Virus record (IMG/VR): IMGVR_UViG_2531839193_000010
Strand: one strand, 5' to 3'
Source: a virus
Taxonomy: Duplodnaviria > Heunggongvirae > Uroviricota > Caudoviricetes
Length of the DNA stretch: 46,809 bases
Part shown: positions 1 to 9,087 of the stretch, in pieces
Layout of the letters: each line of letters begins with the position of its first letter
Position numbering within the stretch: position 1 is the first letter of the stretch
Notes under the pieces: generated by a model
Database searches by the model: none
The model's input: the letters and a program-made list of their open reading frames with translations, nothing else
Told to the model about the DNA's origin: nothing
Translations under genes and position numbers: made by a program

Positions 1-89
1 TTGCCTCCCCCCGTTGATGGGTAAAATAGCCGCAATTTTTCGTTTTCAACAAGCGCGGCGCGATGCCGCTTACTCAAGAAGAAAGAATT

Positions 90-164
90 ATGACGTTGTC
101 TCCTTATTTGCAAGAGGTGGCGAAGCGCCGCACTTTTGCCATTATTTCTCACCCCAATAATTAA
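90..164 (+). pseudogene. prfC: 5' remnant of prfC (peptide chain release factor 3): 22 native codons, then divergence and stop at the prophage junction (attL about 150-165)
   Basis: ATG at 90 translates [22 protein letters not shown], which I recognise as the PrfC N-terminus; the expected GTPase P-loop (DAGKTT) is replaced by NN-stop, followed by AT-rich DNA and an integrase gene. Confidence 0.6.
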
Positions 165-318
165 GCCCAAATAAAAGCTCTTTTACTCTTTCAAAATCCT
201 TTCAATTAATTGAGTGATAATTATATAACTCATTTAATAACATGATGTTATGTGATTTCTTTGATTGAAAATTCTTTCATGTAACTTTAAATTGATCAGG
301 TTACTTTCATCAAAAATC

Positions 319-375
319 TGTACATGTGCTTGTACATAATGTACAAAACAGCAGAGGTTTTTTGTTATTTGTACA
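319..375. promoter_or_regulatory. Cluster of four palindromic TGTACA hexamers just upstream of int (candidate operator or arm-type site)
   Basis: TGTACA at 319-324, 331-336, 340-345 and 370-375; the middle pair forms TTGTACA-N3-TGTACAA (330-346). Ends 10 nt before the int ATG. Confidence 0.35.
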
Positions 376-384
376 AGGTGAGTA

Positions 385-1608
385 ATGGCGCTGTCTGATG
401 CGTGGTTGCGTTCAGTTGTTGGAAAGGAACGTGATAAGGTTTTGGTTAAATCCGCTCGTGATGGTCTGTCTGTTAGAGTATCACCGAAAGGTCGCGTAGT
501 GTTCCAATATCGTTATCAGTGGGCGGGGAAAGGTGAGCGTCTTGATATCGGAACTTACCCGGCAACTGGACTAAAAGAGGCCAGAGAAGAAGTTATCCGT
601 CTTCGTGGTGAACTCGAGTCAAACCGCAATCCACGATTGGTCAAGCTGGCAGAAAAACGTAAAGCTACTGAAGCCATGACGGTAGAATCTGTGATCCGTG
701 CTTGGTATGAAGCATATTGTGTAAAAAATAAAAAAGGTTCTGAACAGATACTCCGCTCGTTTGAGCTGCACCTGTTCTCTAAAATCGGGAATATCCCTCA
801 CGATGCAGCTACATTGCATGATTGGTTAGAAGTCCTGGAGCCTCTTAGCACTAAGACTCCAGCAATAGCAGACCGATTGCTAATTAACGCAAAGCAGGCC
901 CATGTCTGGGCGTATAAGAGAAAGCTCATTGAAACTCGCCCGCTGTCGGATATCACGGGTAAAGATATGGATATCCGTAAAGGTCAGAAGAAACGGTTTC
1001 TGACACATGATGAAATTAAAATCCTTTATGCTGCGATCGATGGTTCTCGAATGGTTCCTAAATACCGGGCCTTCATTAAACTATTGCTGCATTTTGGTTG
1101 CCGTAGTTCAGAGCTAATTACTGCCAAGGTGGACGATTTTGATTTCATTAATAAAATATGGACTGTACCACCAGAACGACATAAGACAGGGGATATAACA
1201 GGCGAACCGCTAAAGCGGCCCATTATTGAACCGGTTGAAGAGCTTATAAAATACGTTATCTCTATGAACAACGGTTCCGATATGCTTTTTACTAAGGAAG
1301 GAAGCAGGGAACCAGTTGGTCGGACATCATTGCAGTCGCTGCCTTACAATTTAATGCAGTACGCATGGCGGCGTTTGGGGTATCAATTTCCTCATTGGTC
1401 TCTTCATGATTTGAGACGAACAGCACGAACAAACTTTTCTGATCTTACTGCGCCTCATATTGCTGAAATAATGCTCGGTCATAAACTGCCAGGTGTATGG
1501 CAAGTTTATGACAAGAGTGATTATCTAGAAGAACAGCGTAAAGCCTACCAGGCATGGTGGGAGAGAGTTGAATCGATTGTTACTTGTACTCGTTCAGGCT
1601 CGAAATGA
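385..1608 (+). CDS. int: Phage tyrosine integrase (site-specific recombinase)
   Basis: 407-aa ORF with SD-like AAGGTGAG upstream; C-terminal catalytic region has HDLRRT, LGH and a Tyr near the C-terminus, typical of tyrosine recombinases; adjacent to the prfC junction. Confidence 0.9.
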   Translation: MALSDAWLRSVVGKERDKVLVKSARDGLSVRVSPKGRVVFQYRYQWAGKGERLDIGTYPATGLKEAREEVIRLRGELESNRNPRLVKLAEKRKATEAMTVESVIRAWYEAYCVKNKKGSEQILRSFELHLFSKIGNIPHDAATLHDWLEVLEPLSTKTPAIADRLLINAKQAHVWAYKRKLIETRPLSDITGKDMDIRKGQKKRFLTHDEIKILYAAIDGSRMVPKYRAFIKLLLHFGCRSSELITAKVDDFDFINKIWTVPPERHKTGDITGEPLKRPIIEPVEELIKYVISMNNGSDMLFTKEGSREPVGRTSLQSLPYNLMQYAWRRLGYQFPHWSLHDLRRTARTNFSDLTAPHIAEIMLGHKLPGVWQVYDKSDYLEEQRKAYQAWWERVESIVTCTRSGSK

Positions 1609-1722
1609 TATTTTGCGTAGCTAGAACGCAATCAAATCTAGCAGTCCGCTTTGTTCGGAGTTCGGACATTATGAGTTGGCAAGTAAAGTAGCTTGCTAGG
1701 AAGCCGGATTTGCACGGTCGGT

Positions 1723-1790
1723 ATAATAAGATGTAACCCCTTGCCTTCATTTACTCGAATGAACGTGCACATTGGATAGGAGGAAAAGGA
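1723..1790 (+). promoter_or_regulatory. Candidate own promoter and RBS for the SIR2-domain gene
   Basis: Perfect TATAAT at 1723-1728 (no clean -35 at 17 bp spacing) and AGGAGG at 1778-1783, 7 nt before the ATG at 1791. Confidence 0.3.
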
Positions 1791-4700
1791 ATGCAATTCA
1801 TTACCAACGGCCCTGATATTCCTGATGAGCTTTTGCAGGCGCACGAGGAAGGGCGCGTTGTGTTCTTCTGTGGAGCAGGCATTTCCTACCCTGCTGGTTT
1901 ACCTGGTTTCAAAGGGTTGGTAGAACTAATTTACCAGAGGAACGGAACAACACTTTCAGAAATTGAGCGTGAGGTTTTCGAGCGTGGGCAATTTGACGGC
2001 ACATTAGATTTGCTGGAACGGCGCTTACCAGGGCAGCGTATAGCCGTCCGACGCGCGTTGGAAAAAGCCCTTAAGCCAAAGCTCCGTCGTAGGGGCGCTA
2101 TTGATACTCAGGCGGCGCTGTTACGTTTAGCCCGTAGCCGCGAGGGTGCCCTTCGATTGGTCACTACCAACTTTGACCGTCTCTTTCATGTGGCAGCTAA
2201 ACGTACAGGCCAGGCTTTTCAGGCCTATGTAGCGCCGATGCTGCCAATTCCAAAAAACAGCCGCTGGGATGGACTTGTATACCTGCATGGGCTGTTACCG
2301 GAAAAGGCGGATGATACTGCCCTGAATCGTCTGGTTGTTACCAGCGGTGACTTTGGCTTGGCTTATCTCACTGAGCGTTGGGCAGCTCGCTTTGTGAGTG
2401 AGTTATTTCGTAACTATGTGGTCTGCTTCGTTGGCTACAGCATCAACGACCCGGTACTGCGCTACATGATGGATGCGCTTGCAGCAGATCGGAGGCTCGG
2501 TGAAGTCACACCACAAGTATGGGCACTGGGGGAGTGTGAGCCGGGGCAGGAGCACCGGAAAGCCATCGAGTGGGAGGCCAAAGGGGTCACTCCTATCCTT
2601 TACACCGTACCGGCGGGCTCCACTGATCATTCAGTGCTGCATCAAACGTTGCACGCTTGGGCAGATACTTATCGAGATGGTATACAGGGCAAAGAGGCTA
2701 TAGTCGTCAAACATGCTCTGGCCCGCCCGCAGGACAGCACTCGTCAGGACGATTTCGTTGGTCGGATGTTGTGGGCCTTGTCAGATAAATCAGGTTTACC
2801 AGCAAAACGCTTTGCGGAACTCAATCCTGCACCGCCGCTGGATTGGTTATTGAAAGCTTTCTCGGACGAACGATTTAAATACAGCGATCTGCCACGCTTT
2901 TGTGTATCTCCGCATGTCGAAATTGACCCGAAACTCCGATTCAGTCTGGTTCAGCGTCCTGCGCCCTATGAGCTGGCCCCGCAGATGTCGCTGGTTTCTG
3001 GATGTGTCAGTGCTAGCAAATGGGATGACGTAATGTCCCATATAGCCCGTTGGCTAGTTCGTTATCTGGGCGACCCTAGGTTGATCATATGGATTGCTGA
3101 ACGCGGCGGACAAATACACGACCGTTGGATGTTTCTGATTGAGAGCGAACTAGATCGCTTAGCAGCACTGATGCGGGAGCGTAAGACTTCTGAGTTAGAT
3201 GAAATTCTCTTGCATTCCCCCCTGGCTATTCCTGGTCCACCTATGTCTACTTTATGGCGGCTTCTGCTTAGTGGTCGTGTGAAATCGCCATTGCAGAACC
3301 TGGATTTGTATCGTTGGCAAAACCGCTTAAAGAATGAAGGCTTGACGACTACATTGCGCTTGGAGTTACGCGAGTTGCTTTCTCCCAAGGTTATGTTGAG
3401 GCGGCCGTTTCGCTATAGTGAAGACGATTCGAGCAGCACTGATGAACCCTTGCGAATCAAGCAATTGGTGGATTGGGAGCTGGTGCTGACTGCTGATTAC
3501 GTACGTTCAACCCTGTTCGACCTTGCTGACGAGTCATGGAAATCGTCCTTGCCATACCTGTTGGAAGATTTTCAGCAGTTGTTGCGTGATGCACTGGACT
3601 TGTTGCGGGAGTTGGGAGAGTCCGACGATCGTCACGACCGCTCGCATTGGGATTTGCCGTCCATCACTCCGCACTGGCAGAACCGGGGGTTCCGCGATTG
3701 GGTGAGCCTGATTGAATTACTTCGGGATTCATGGTTAGCCGTTCGATCCAAAGACAGCGATCAGGCCACGCGCATTGCTCAGAATTGGTTTGAGTTGCCA
3801 TATCCCACCTTCAAACGTCTGGCACTGTTTGCCGCAAGCCAAGACAACTGCATACCACCTGAGCGGTGGGTTAATTGGTTGTTAGAGGACGGTTCATGGT
3901 GGTTGTGGGCCACGGATACTAGGCGAGAGGTATTCAGACTGTTTGTTTTGCAGGGACGACATCTGACAGGAATTGCACAAGAGCGTCTGGAAACTGCTAT
4001 CTTGGCAGGGCCTCCGCGCGAGATGTACGAGGATAATTTGGAAGCAGACAGGTGGCATTATTTGGTGGCTCATTCCGTCTGGTTGTGTCTAGCGAAGCTC
4101 AGGGGAGCGGGCCTTGTTTTGGGAGAGTCTGCGGCTACACGTTTGACGGAAATATCCACAGCATACCCAAAATGGCAACTGGCAACCAACGAGCGTGATG
4201 AATTCTCTCACTGGATGAGCGGAACCGGTGATCCAGGCTTCGAGGAGAGTATAGATGTCGACATTGCGCCCCGTAAGTGGCAGGAATTAGTGCAATGGCT
4301 CGCAAAGCCTATGCCAGAAAGACTGCCTTTCTATGAGGACACTTGGAGTGATGTTTGCCGTACGCGCTTTTTTCACAGTCTGTATGCGTTAAGTAAACTA
4401 TCACAAGATGATGTGTGGCCTGTTGGTCGGTGGCGTGAAGCTCTGCAGACTTGGGCTGAACCAGGGATGATTTTGCGTTCGTGGCGGTACGCCGCACCGT
4501 TGGTGCTTGACATGCCTGACGCAGTACTTCAGGAGATTTCCCACGCTGTCACTTGGTGGATGGAGGAGGCTTCGAAGACCATCCTCTGCCACGAGGAGAT
4601 TCTACTGGCCCTTTGTCGTCGGGTTCTGATGATAGAAACAAGCCCAGAGTCTAGCACCATTCGAAACGGAATTGAGACCTATGATCCTGTTTCTACGGCG

Positions 4701-5618
4701 ATCAATCATCCCATTGGGCATGTCACGCAATCACTGATCACCCTATGGTTCAAACAGAACCCGAATGACAATGATTTGCTTCCTGTTGAATTGAAAACAC
4801 TTTTCACCAAATTGTGTAATGTACAGATAGAGCTATTCCGCCATGGTCGGGTGTTGCTGGGGTCGCGGCTGATCGCATTTTTTCGCGTAGATCGACCTTG
4901 GACCGAACAGTATCTATTGCCCTTGTTTGCTTGGAGTAATCCCGTCGAAGCAAAAGCTGTGTGGGAAGGCTTCCTCTGGTCGCCACGCCTGTATGAACCG
5001 TTGCTGATAGCTTTCAAGTCAGATTTTTTGGAGAGCGCCAATCACTATTCTGATCTTGGCGAGCACCGGCAGCAATTCGCTACTTTCCTGACTTATGCAG
5101 CTCTGGGCCCTACCGAGGGATATACCGTGGAGGAGTTCCGAACGGCAATTAGTGCTCTTCCACAAGAAGGTCTGGAGGTAGCCGCGCAGGCGTTATACCA
5201 GGCACTTGAAGGTGCGGGCGATCAGCGCGAGGAGTATTGGAAAAATCGTGTCCAGCCATTTTGGCAACAGGTTTGGCCAAAGTCCCGCAACTTGGCCACC
5301 CCACGCATATCCGAATCGTTGACTCGTATGGTGATTGCTGCCCGAGGTGAATTTCCGGCGGCTTTGGCAGTGGTGCAGGACTGGCTGCAACCGCTCGAAC
5401 ACCTTAGCTACGACGTTCGCCTTTTGCTAGAATCAGATATTTGCAGCCGATATCCTGCGGACGCTCTATCCCTGCTGAATGCCGTGATTGCCGAACAACA
5501 CTGGGGGCCTCGAGAGTTGGGGCAATGCTTGCTTCAAATTGTTCAAGCTGCTCCACAACTGGAGCAAGATGTTCGTTATCAGCGATTAAATGAATATTCT
5601 CGAAGGCGCAGCGTGTGA
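1791..5618 (+). CDS. Large SIR2-like (sirtuin/NADase) domain protein with ~950-aa alpha-helical Trp/Leu-rich C-terminal region; candidate single-gene anti-phage defence protein (DSR-like architecture)
   Basis: 1275-aa intact ORF with strong RBS. N-terminus carries sirtuin-type motifs: CGAGISYPAGLPGFKG (Gly-rich NAD loop, residues 27-42), TTNFD (Asn127) and YLHG (His166). Sits between int and xis, a typical prophage cargo position. Confidence 0.8.
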   Translation: MQFITNGPDIPDELLQAHEEGRVVFFCGAGISYPAGLPGFKGLVELIYQRNGTTLSEIEREVFERGQFDGTLDLLERRLPGQRIAVRRALEKALKPKLRRRGAIDTQAALLRLARSREGALRLVTTNFDRLFHVAAKRTGQAFQAYVAPMLPIPKNSRWDGLVYLHGLLPEKADDTALNRLVVTSGDFGLAYLTERWAARFVSELFRNYVVCFVGYSINDPVLRYMMDALAADRRLGEVTPQVWALGECEPGQEHRKAIEWEAKGVTPILYTVPAGSTDHSVLHQTLHAWADTYRDGIQGKEAIVVKHALARPQDSTRQDDFVGRMLWALSDKSGLPAKRFAELNPAPPLDWLLKAFSDERFKYSDLPRFCVSPHVEIDPKLRFSLVQRPAPYELAPQMSLVSGCVSASKWDDVMSHIARWLVRYLGDPRLIIWIAERGGQIHDRWMFLIESELDRLAALMRERKTSELDEILLHSPLAIPGPPMSTLWRLLLSGRVKSPLQNLDLYRWQNRLKNEGLTTTLRLELRELLSPKVMLRRPFRYSEDDSSSTDEPLRIKQLVDWELVLTADYVRSTLFDLADESWKSSLPYLLEDFQQLLRDALDLLRELGESDDRHDRSHWDLPSITPHWQNRGFRDWVSLIELLRDSWLAVRSKDSDQATRIAQNWFELPYPTFKRLALFAASQDNCIPPERWVNWLLEDGSWWLWATDTRREVFRLFVLQGRHLTGIAQERLETAILAGPPREMYEDNLEADRWHYLVAHSVWLCLAKLRGAGLVLGESAATRLTEISTAYPKWQLATNERDEFSHWMSGTGDPGFEESIDVDIAPRKWQELVQWLAKPMPERLPFYEDTWSDVCRTRFFHSLYALSKLSQDDVWPVGRWREALQTWAEPGMILRSWRYAAPLVLDMPDAVLQEISHAVTWWMEEASKTILCHEEILLALCRRVLMIETSPESSTIRNGIETYDPVSTAINHPIGHVTQSLITLWFKQNPNDNDLLPVELKTLFTKLCNVQIELFRHGRVLLGSRLIAFFRVDRPWTEQYLLPLFAWSNPVEAKAVWEGFLWSPRLYEPLLIAFKSDFLESANHYSDLGEHRQQFATFLTYAALGPTEGYTVEEFRTAISALPQEGLEVAAQALYQALEGAGDQREEYWKNRVQPFWQQVWPKSRNLATPRISESLTRMVIAARGEFPAALAVVQDWLQPLEHLSYDVRLLLESDICSRYPADALSLLNAVIAEQHWGPRELGQCLLQIVQAAPQLEQDVRYQRLNEYSRRRSV

Positions 5619-5785
5619 AAGTGACAGGCGTTGGACAGTGCGAACTGTGGAGCCTAACAAGGTAAAGACACTCTAACTGATAATGCTGCGCCGCTCGTGC
5701 AATGCAATACAGTTTTTATCTAGCGGTGAATTATGGTGTTAAAAGTTAGCCCCTGACACAGGGTGGGTAGTTGGCTCTGTGTCAT

Positions 5786-5823
5786 TGATGGGTATTAGTT
5801 CTGATATGAGCTAATACCCATCA
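5786..5823. repeat. Perfect 13-bp inverted repeat with 12-nt spacer at the 3' end of the early-left operon
   Basis: TGATGGGTATTAG (5786-5798) and CTAATACCCATCA (5811-5823); right arm overlaps the stop codon of the AlpA-like gene; no U-run on either strand, so not a classic intrinsic terminator. Confidence 0.5.
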
Positions 5824-6015
5824 CTCAATAACTCCAGCAAACCTGTATATCTTGCGTGATGCCCATTTATTTGGGCAGGATTTAATATCAGGATCTGGAA
5901 AGTCAGGCCTGTATTTCTGGCCAGTTCTCCTGTTTACGCTGTTCCAGCGAAGAACGGTCGATACTGAAACGCCACAGAAGTCGGCGACTTGTTTAGTTGT
6001 CATTAAGTTGTTCAT
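5821..6015 (-). CDS. AlpA-family HTH protein, probable excisionase/regulator
   Basis: 64-aa ORF with strong SD (AGGAGG) 7 nt upstream; HTH segment TTKQVADFCGVSVSTVLRWNS followed by a FPDP...K.W motif typical of AlpA/Xis-like proteins; last gene of the early-left operon. Confidence 0.55.
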   Translation of the reverse strand: MNNLMTTKQVADFCGVSVSTVLRWNSVNRRTGQKYRPDFPDPDIKSCPNKWASRKIYRFAGVIE

Positions 6016-6635
6016 TACTTCACCTCCTGCGGTGGCTCCGGTAGCGGCATCCAGTGGGTTACTTTCGATGCCGGTTCTTCCCCATCGTCAGTAACTGCCC
6101 ACCATTTGTTTCTCGACCAATCGTAATACCCTTCGAAGGTATCGCACTCAGTCCAGCCGTAAGACTTACCCCAACACCAAACATACTGTTTATCGTTCGG
6201 CATTCGCTCACTACAGCTTATCCAACCATCCTGAGTTACCGGAGAGTTGCCCGACAGCTTGTTCAACTTGTAAGTCTGACTTACAGGTTTGGCACCATGA
6301 AGCATGGTGGCGCGGCAGGCGTTCCAGCCTTCATCAAAACCGACTATGCCATTATTTAAAGACGGACGAGCATCTGGCACCACCAGTACTGGCTTGGCTA
6401 TATATAGCGGCTGAACATACCAGCCCATTGATAACCAACTGTCAGCAATGTTTTTGCTCCTGGTTATTGCCGGAATACCTAAGCCATTGTCTGAATGCAG
6501 CCATGCCACCGGCTCCTCTTCCAGCGATGCCAGAGCAATTTCATAAGCACGGCGCTCAATATCGTCTCGAACCTCTAGGCTGCTGATTCGTTCTTTGATT
6601 TCTTTAATCAGTTCTTTATTGGTAAATGTGGTCAT
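6015..6635 (-). CDS. Phage protein with C-terminal DUF551-like region
   Basis: 206-aa ORF start-stop coupled to the downstream gene; W/C-rich C-terminal segment (WISCSERMP...WMPLPEPP) recalled as DUF551-like. Confidence 0.65.
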   Translation of the reverse strand: MTTFTNKELIKEIKERISSLEVRDDIERRAYEIALASLEEEPVAWLHSDNGLGIPAITRSKNIADSWLSMGWYVQPLYIAKPVLVVPDARPSLNNGIVGFDEGWNACRATMLHGAKPVSQTYKLNKLSGNSPVTQDGWISCSERMPNDKQYVWCWGKSYGWTECDTFEGYYDWSRNKWWAVTDDGEEPASKVTHWMPLPEPPQEVK

Positions 6636-6997
6636 TATGCTCCAGCCTCCGGCGCTTTGGGCATTACTGCCCAGTGAGTGATATTGAAGTTTTCAAGGTC
6701 CCCGACCTGAAATGTCCACTGCCATTCTCCGGTTTCTTTTTGTCCCCAGGTGTACCAGAGAGAACGCCAGCCAATCAGCCAGCCTTCTCCGTTAGCATCA
6801 AATAACAGAACACTTTCATTTGCTGGTGGCAGTTCAGCTGACACTGGTATTATTTTGTTTTCCAGTGCCGCACATTTAGCTTCAAGCGCGTCGAATTTAC
6901 GTACCAGGTACTCAGCATTTGTTTCGTTCACTTTCAGATCTCGCGGTACACATTTCCCGCGAAGAAACCCTTCCATTTCGAAAACATTCATGCGCAT
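6635..6997 (-). CDS. Hypothetical phage early protein
   Basis: 120-aa ORF in operon context, overlapping neighbours by a few nt; no recognisable motif. Confidence 0.55.
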   Translation of the reverse strand: MRMNVFEMEGFLRGKCVPRDLKVNETNAEYLVRKFDALEAKCAALENKIIPVSAELPPANESVLLFDANGEGWLIGWRSLWYTWGQKETGEWQWTFQVGDLENFNITHWAVMPKAPEAGA

Positions 6998-7524
6998 TTG
7001 CGTAACTCCGATAACTCGTTAAAACGTTCCATAAACATCCCGTAGGCATGGCCAGGTGCCAGTGGAATCACGTTGAACATCTCTGTTGCCGGGATGCCTT
7101 CCAGTACAGGCCAGAAAGAGCCATCATCAAGCCCGAGATCGCGGCGTTCGGTTGCCAGCATGATAAGATCGGCATATTTCACGGGCGTACTCATAACTGG
7201 GGGTAACCCGTATTTCTCACGGATTACGGCATCTATTTTTTCTTCCATCCGTTTATAGTCAGGAAGAAGGCGTTTCAGTGGTGCGGGGATGTCCTGGCAA
7301 TACGCTTCTGTTGCATCATGCATTAACGCTTCAAAAGCAAACTCCTCCGGTACCAGCTGGCTGCAAAGCACCGCATGTTGGGCAACGCTGTAGAAGTGTG
7401 AAAGATGACCAGCAAAGCGACAGATATTTGAAAGGGAAACCGCGATATCGTTAATATCGATGTTGTCTTTATTTATCCTGTCATAATAAAAATGCTTCCC
7501 GGAAAAAGTTTTAATAAATGACAT
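6988..7524 (-). CDS. HD-domain phosphohydrolase (5'-deoxynucleotidase-like, YfdR-like)
   Basis: Start reassigned to the internal ATG at 7524 (MSFIKTF...) preceded by GGAG; contains H...HD metal-binding motifs (HLSHFYSVAQH, LMHDATE). Confidence 0.7.
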   Translation of the reverse strand: MSFIKTFSGKHFYYDRINKDNIDINDIAVSLSNICRFAGHLSHFYSVAQHAVLCSQLVPEEFAFEALMHDATEAYCQDIPAPLKRLLPDYKRMEEKIDAVIREKYGLPPVMSTPVKYADLIMLATERRDLGLDDGSFWPVLEGIPATEMFNVIPLAPGHAYGMFMERFNELSELRKCA

Positions 7525-7652
7525 TTTGTTCTCCACGTTATATGCGCTGCACCGCGCTGAATTCGGGTAAAAGGAAACCCTCACCATCCGGCGATTATTG
7601 AGTTAATTACGTTTCCATAAATGCCCCCGCAGGGGCATTTGCAGTAATGAAA

Positions 7653-8477
7653 TCAGGCGGTGAAAGTACCAATAAAGGTTTCTACTTTGCTGTCTTTGAA
7701 TTTCTCAACAAGCAGATCACGAAATTCGTTAGCCATTTCTTCCTGCACTGCTTCCAGCTGAATAATGCGCAGAACCAGTACAGGACGATCGCCAGTGATA
7801 ATGCTGAGGCGTAATTTAAATGGACGTTCTTTCAGACCTTCAAACGGAACGCATTTAAATTCAAATGCCACTGGCATAATATCTTTGGTCTTCGCTTCGA
7901 CAGACTCCATCAGGGAGCGTTTGCCGCTGAAGTCATTATCTTCAAAATCAGCGGTCTGGTTTGCTTCAATCGTGATTTTACGGACCGCCGCAGCCGCTTT
8001 TGTTGCCTGAATAGCGTCACCATTAGCATCAAAGCCCACAAGGTAGTCGGCCCAGTCTTCAATCCATTCTGCCAGTGACTTCTGGGAGTTACGCTCGCCA
8101 TTAACAGACAACAGAGCAGAGAACGGTGCTGTCTTTTTCAGTTTGAGTGTGGCGGTGTTATCTGCGTGACCTGGTTCACCAATAGTACCCAGGTTAAGCA
8201 CACTGACGGCTCGCATATTATCGGCATCGATAAAGCAGCGGGTGCCTTCATCTGCAAGATCTTTAGAATAACGGGTAAAGTCATCGATGCTGGCAGTGGA
8301 AAGCGCACCACGGAAACGGAAGCGATTTAAATTAAATTTTTCCAGATCATGAATGCGGAAATTCTCAGGCAATGCCACAGCATCGGCACCAATCTTACTG
8401 ATAATTTCATTAACACCCTGAGCAGAAATAAGGGCATGGATTTGATTAATTGCGGTTGCGTCTAAGTTCTGAGACAT
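7653..8477 (-). CDS. DUF2303 (YfdQ-like) phage protein
   Basis: 274-aa ORF; resembles E. coli CPS-53 prophage YfdQ from memory (not verified). Confidence 0.7.
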   Translation of the reverse strand: MSQNLDATAINQIHALISAQGVNEIISKIGADAVALPENFRIHDLEKFNLNRFRFRGALSTASIDDFTRYSKDLADEGTRCFIDADNMRAVSVLNLGTIGEPGHADNTATLKLKKTAPFSALLSVNGERNSQKSLAEWIEDWADYLVGFDANGDAIQATKAAAAVRKITIEANQTADFEDNDFSGKRSLMESVEAKTKDIMPVAFEFKCVPFEGLKERPFKLRLSIITGDRPVLVLRIIQLEAVQEEMANEFRDLLVEKFKDSKVETFIGTFTA

Positions 8478-8543
8478 AATAAGTCCTCACTATATTAAAG
8501 ATATTCAGTGATAAGATGAATAATTAGTTTATTAAAAACGATA

Positions 8544-8906
8544 TTAACGACCTGCTGCGCGGAGTTTTCCGTCAGGTTCACCGGCAAGAGTCAGTAATTG
8601 TCCCTGGTCTTCCTGCAGAATAGTCAGGCGACCACCGCGATTGACATACATCGGCGTTTCGGTGGTGTCTTCTTCGGAAATTTTCCCGCGGTTAGTCGGG
8701 CGAACATATGAGAGTTTGTGTTTGATTTTCACACGGTTCTCATCAAACGGTTCGATTTCCAGGTTGAGCGAGACCTTACCTTTGGTTTTCGTGTTCATCA
8801 CACCGGAAGCGACTTCACTGAGAACAGCGCCGATTTTGGTTTCAAATACGCCGCCGTCCAGCTCCCCGATAAATGCCTGCACATCAGTACTGCGTTCGCT
8901 AGCCAT
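8544..8906 (-). CDS. Small phage early protein (YfdP-like)
   Basis: Start placed at the ATG at 8904-8906 (MASERST...) with AGGAG 7 nt upstream; the longer six-frame ORF to 9224 runs into a structured non-coding region. Confidence 0.6.
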   Translation of the reverse strand: MASERSTDVQAFIGELDGGVFETKIGAVLSEVASGVMNTKTKGKVSLNLEIEPFDENRVKIKHKLSYVRPTNRGKISEEDTTETPMYVNRGGRLTILQEDQGQLLTLAGEPDGKLRAAGR

Positions 8907-8954
8907 TTTGCTGCTCCTCATCATATCGACCCTGCAAGGTCGGTTGGTTTCTCC

Positions 8955-9087
8955 ACAAAACAGAGAAGAACACCTGCGGTGGCAGCCGCCCGGATGGATT
9001 GGGTTATGAGCCCGTCGTCCGATGATGCTCTTCTCTGTTTTGTAAAAAGTACGGTACCAGCCGGAAGCAAGGGTACAAGCTGGTACC
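8955..9087. other. Highly structured non-coding segment (candidate cis-regulatory RNA or sRNA) in the leader of the early-left operon
   Basis: 15-bp perfect long-range inverted repeat ACAAAACAGAGAAGA (8955-8969) / TCTTCTCTGTTTTGT (9029-9043), followed by a 9-bp stem GGTACCAGC (9053-9061) / GCTGGTACC (9079-9087); no convincing ORF on either strand. Confidence 0.35.

Noticed and set aside
1-164. Possible tRNA or tmRNA attachment site at the window start next to the integrase
   Set aside because: No tRNA-like T-arm or CCA end; the sequence instead encodes the recognisable N-terminus of PrfC, so the attachment site is in a protein-coding gene.
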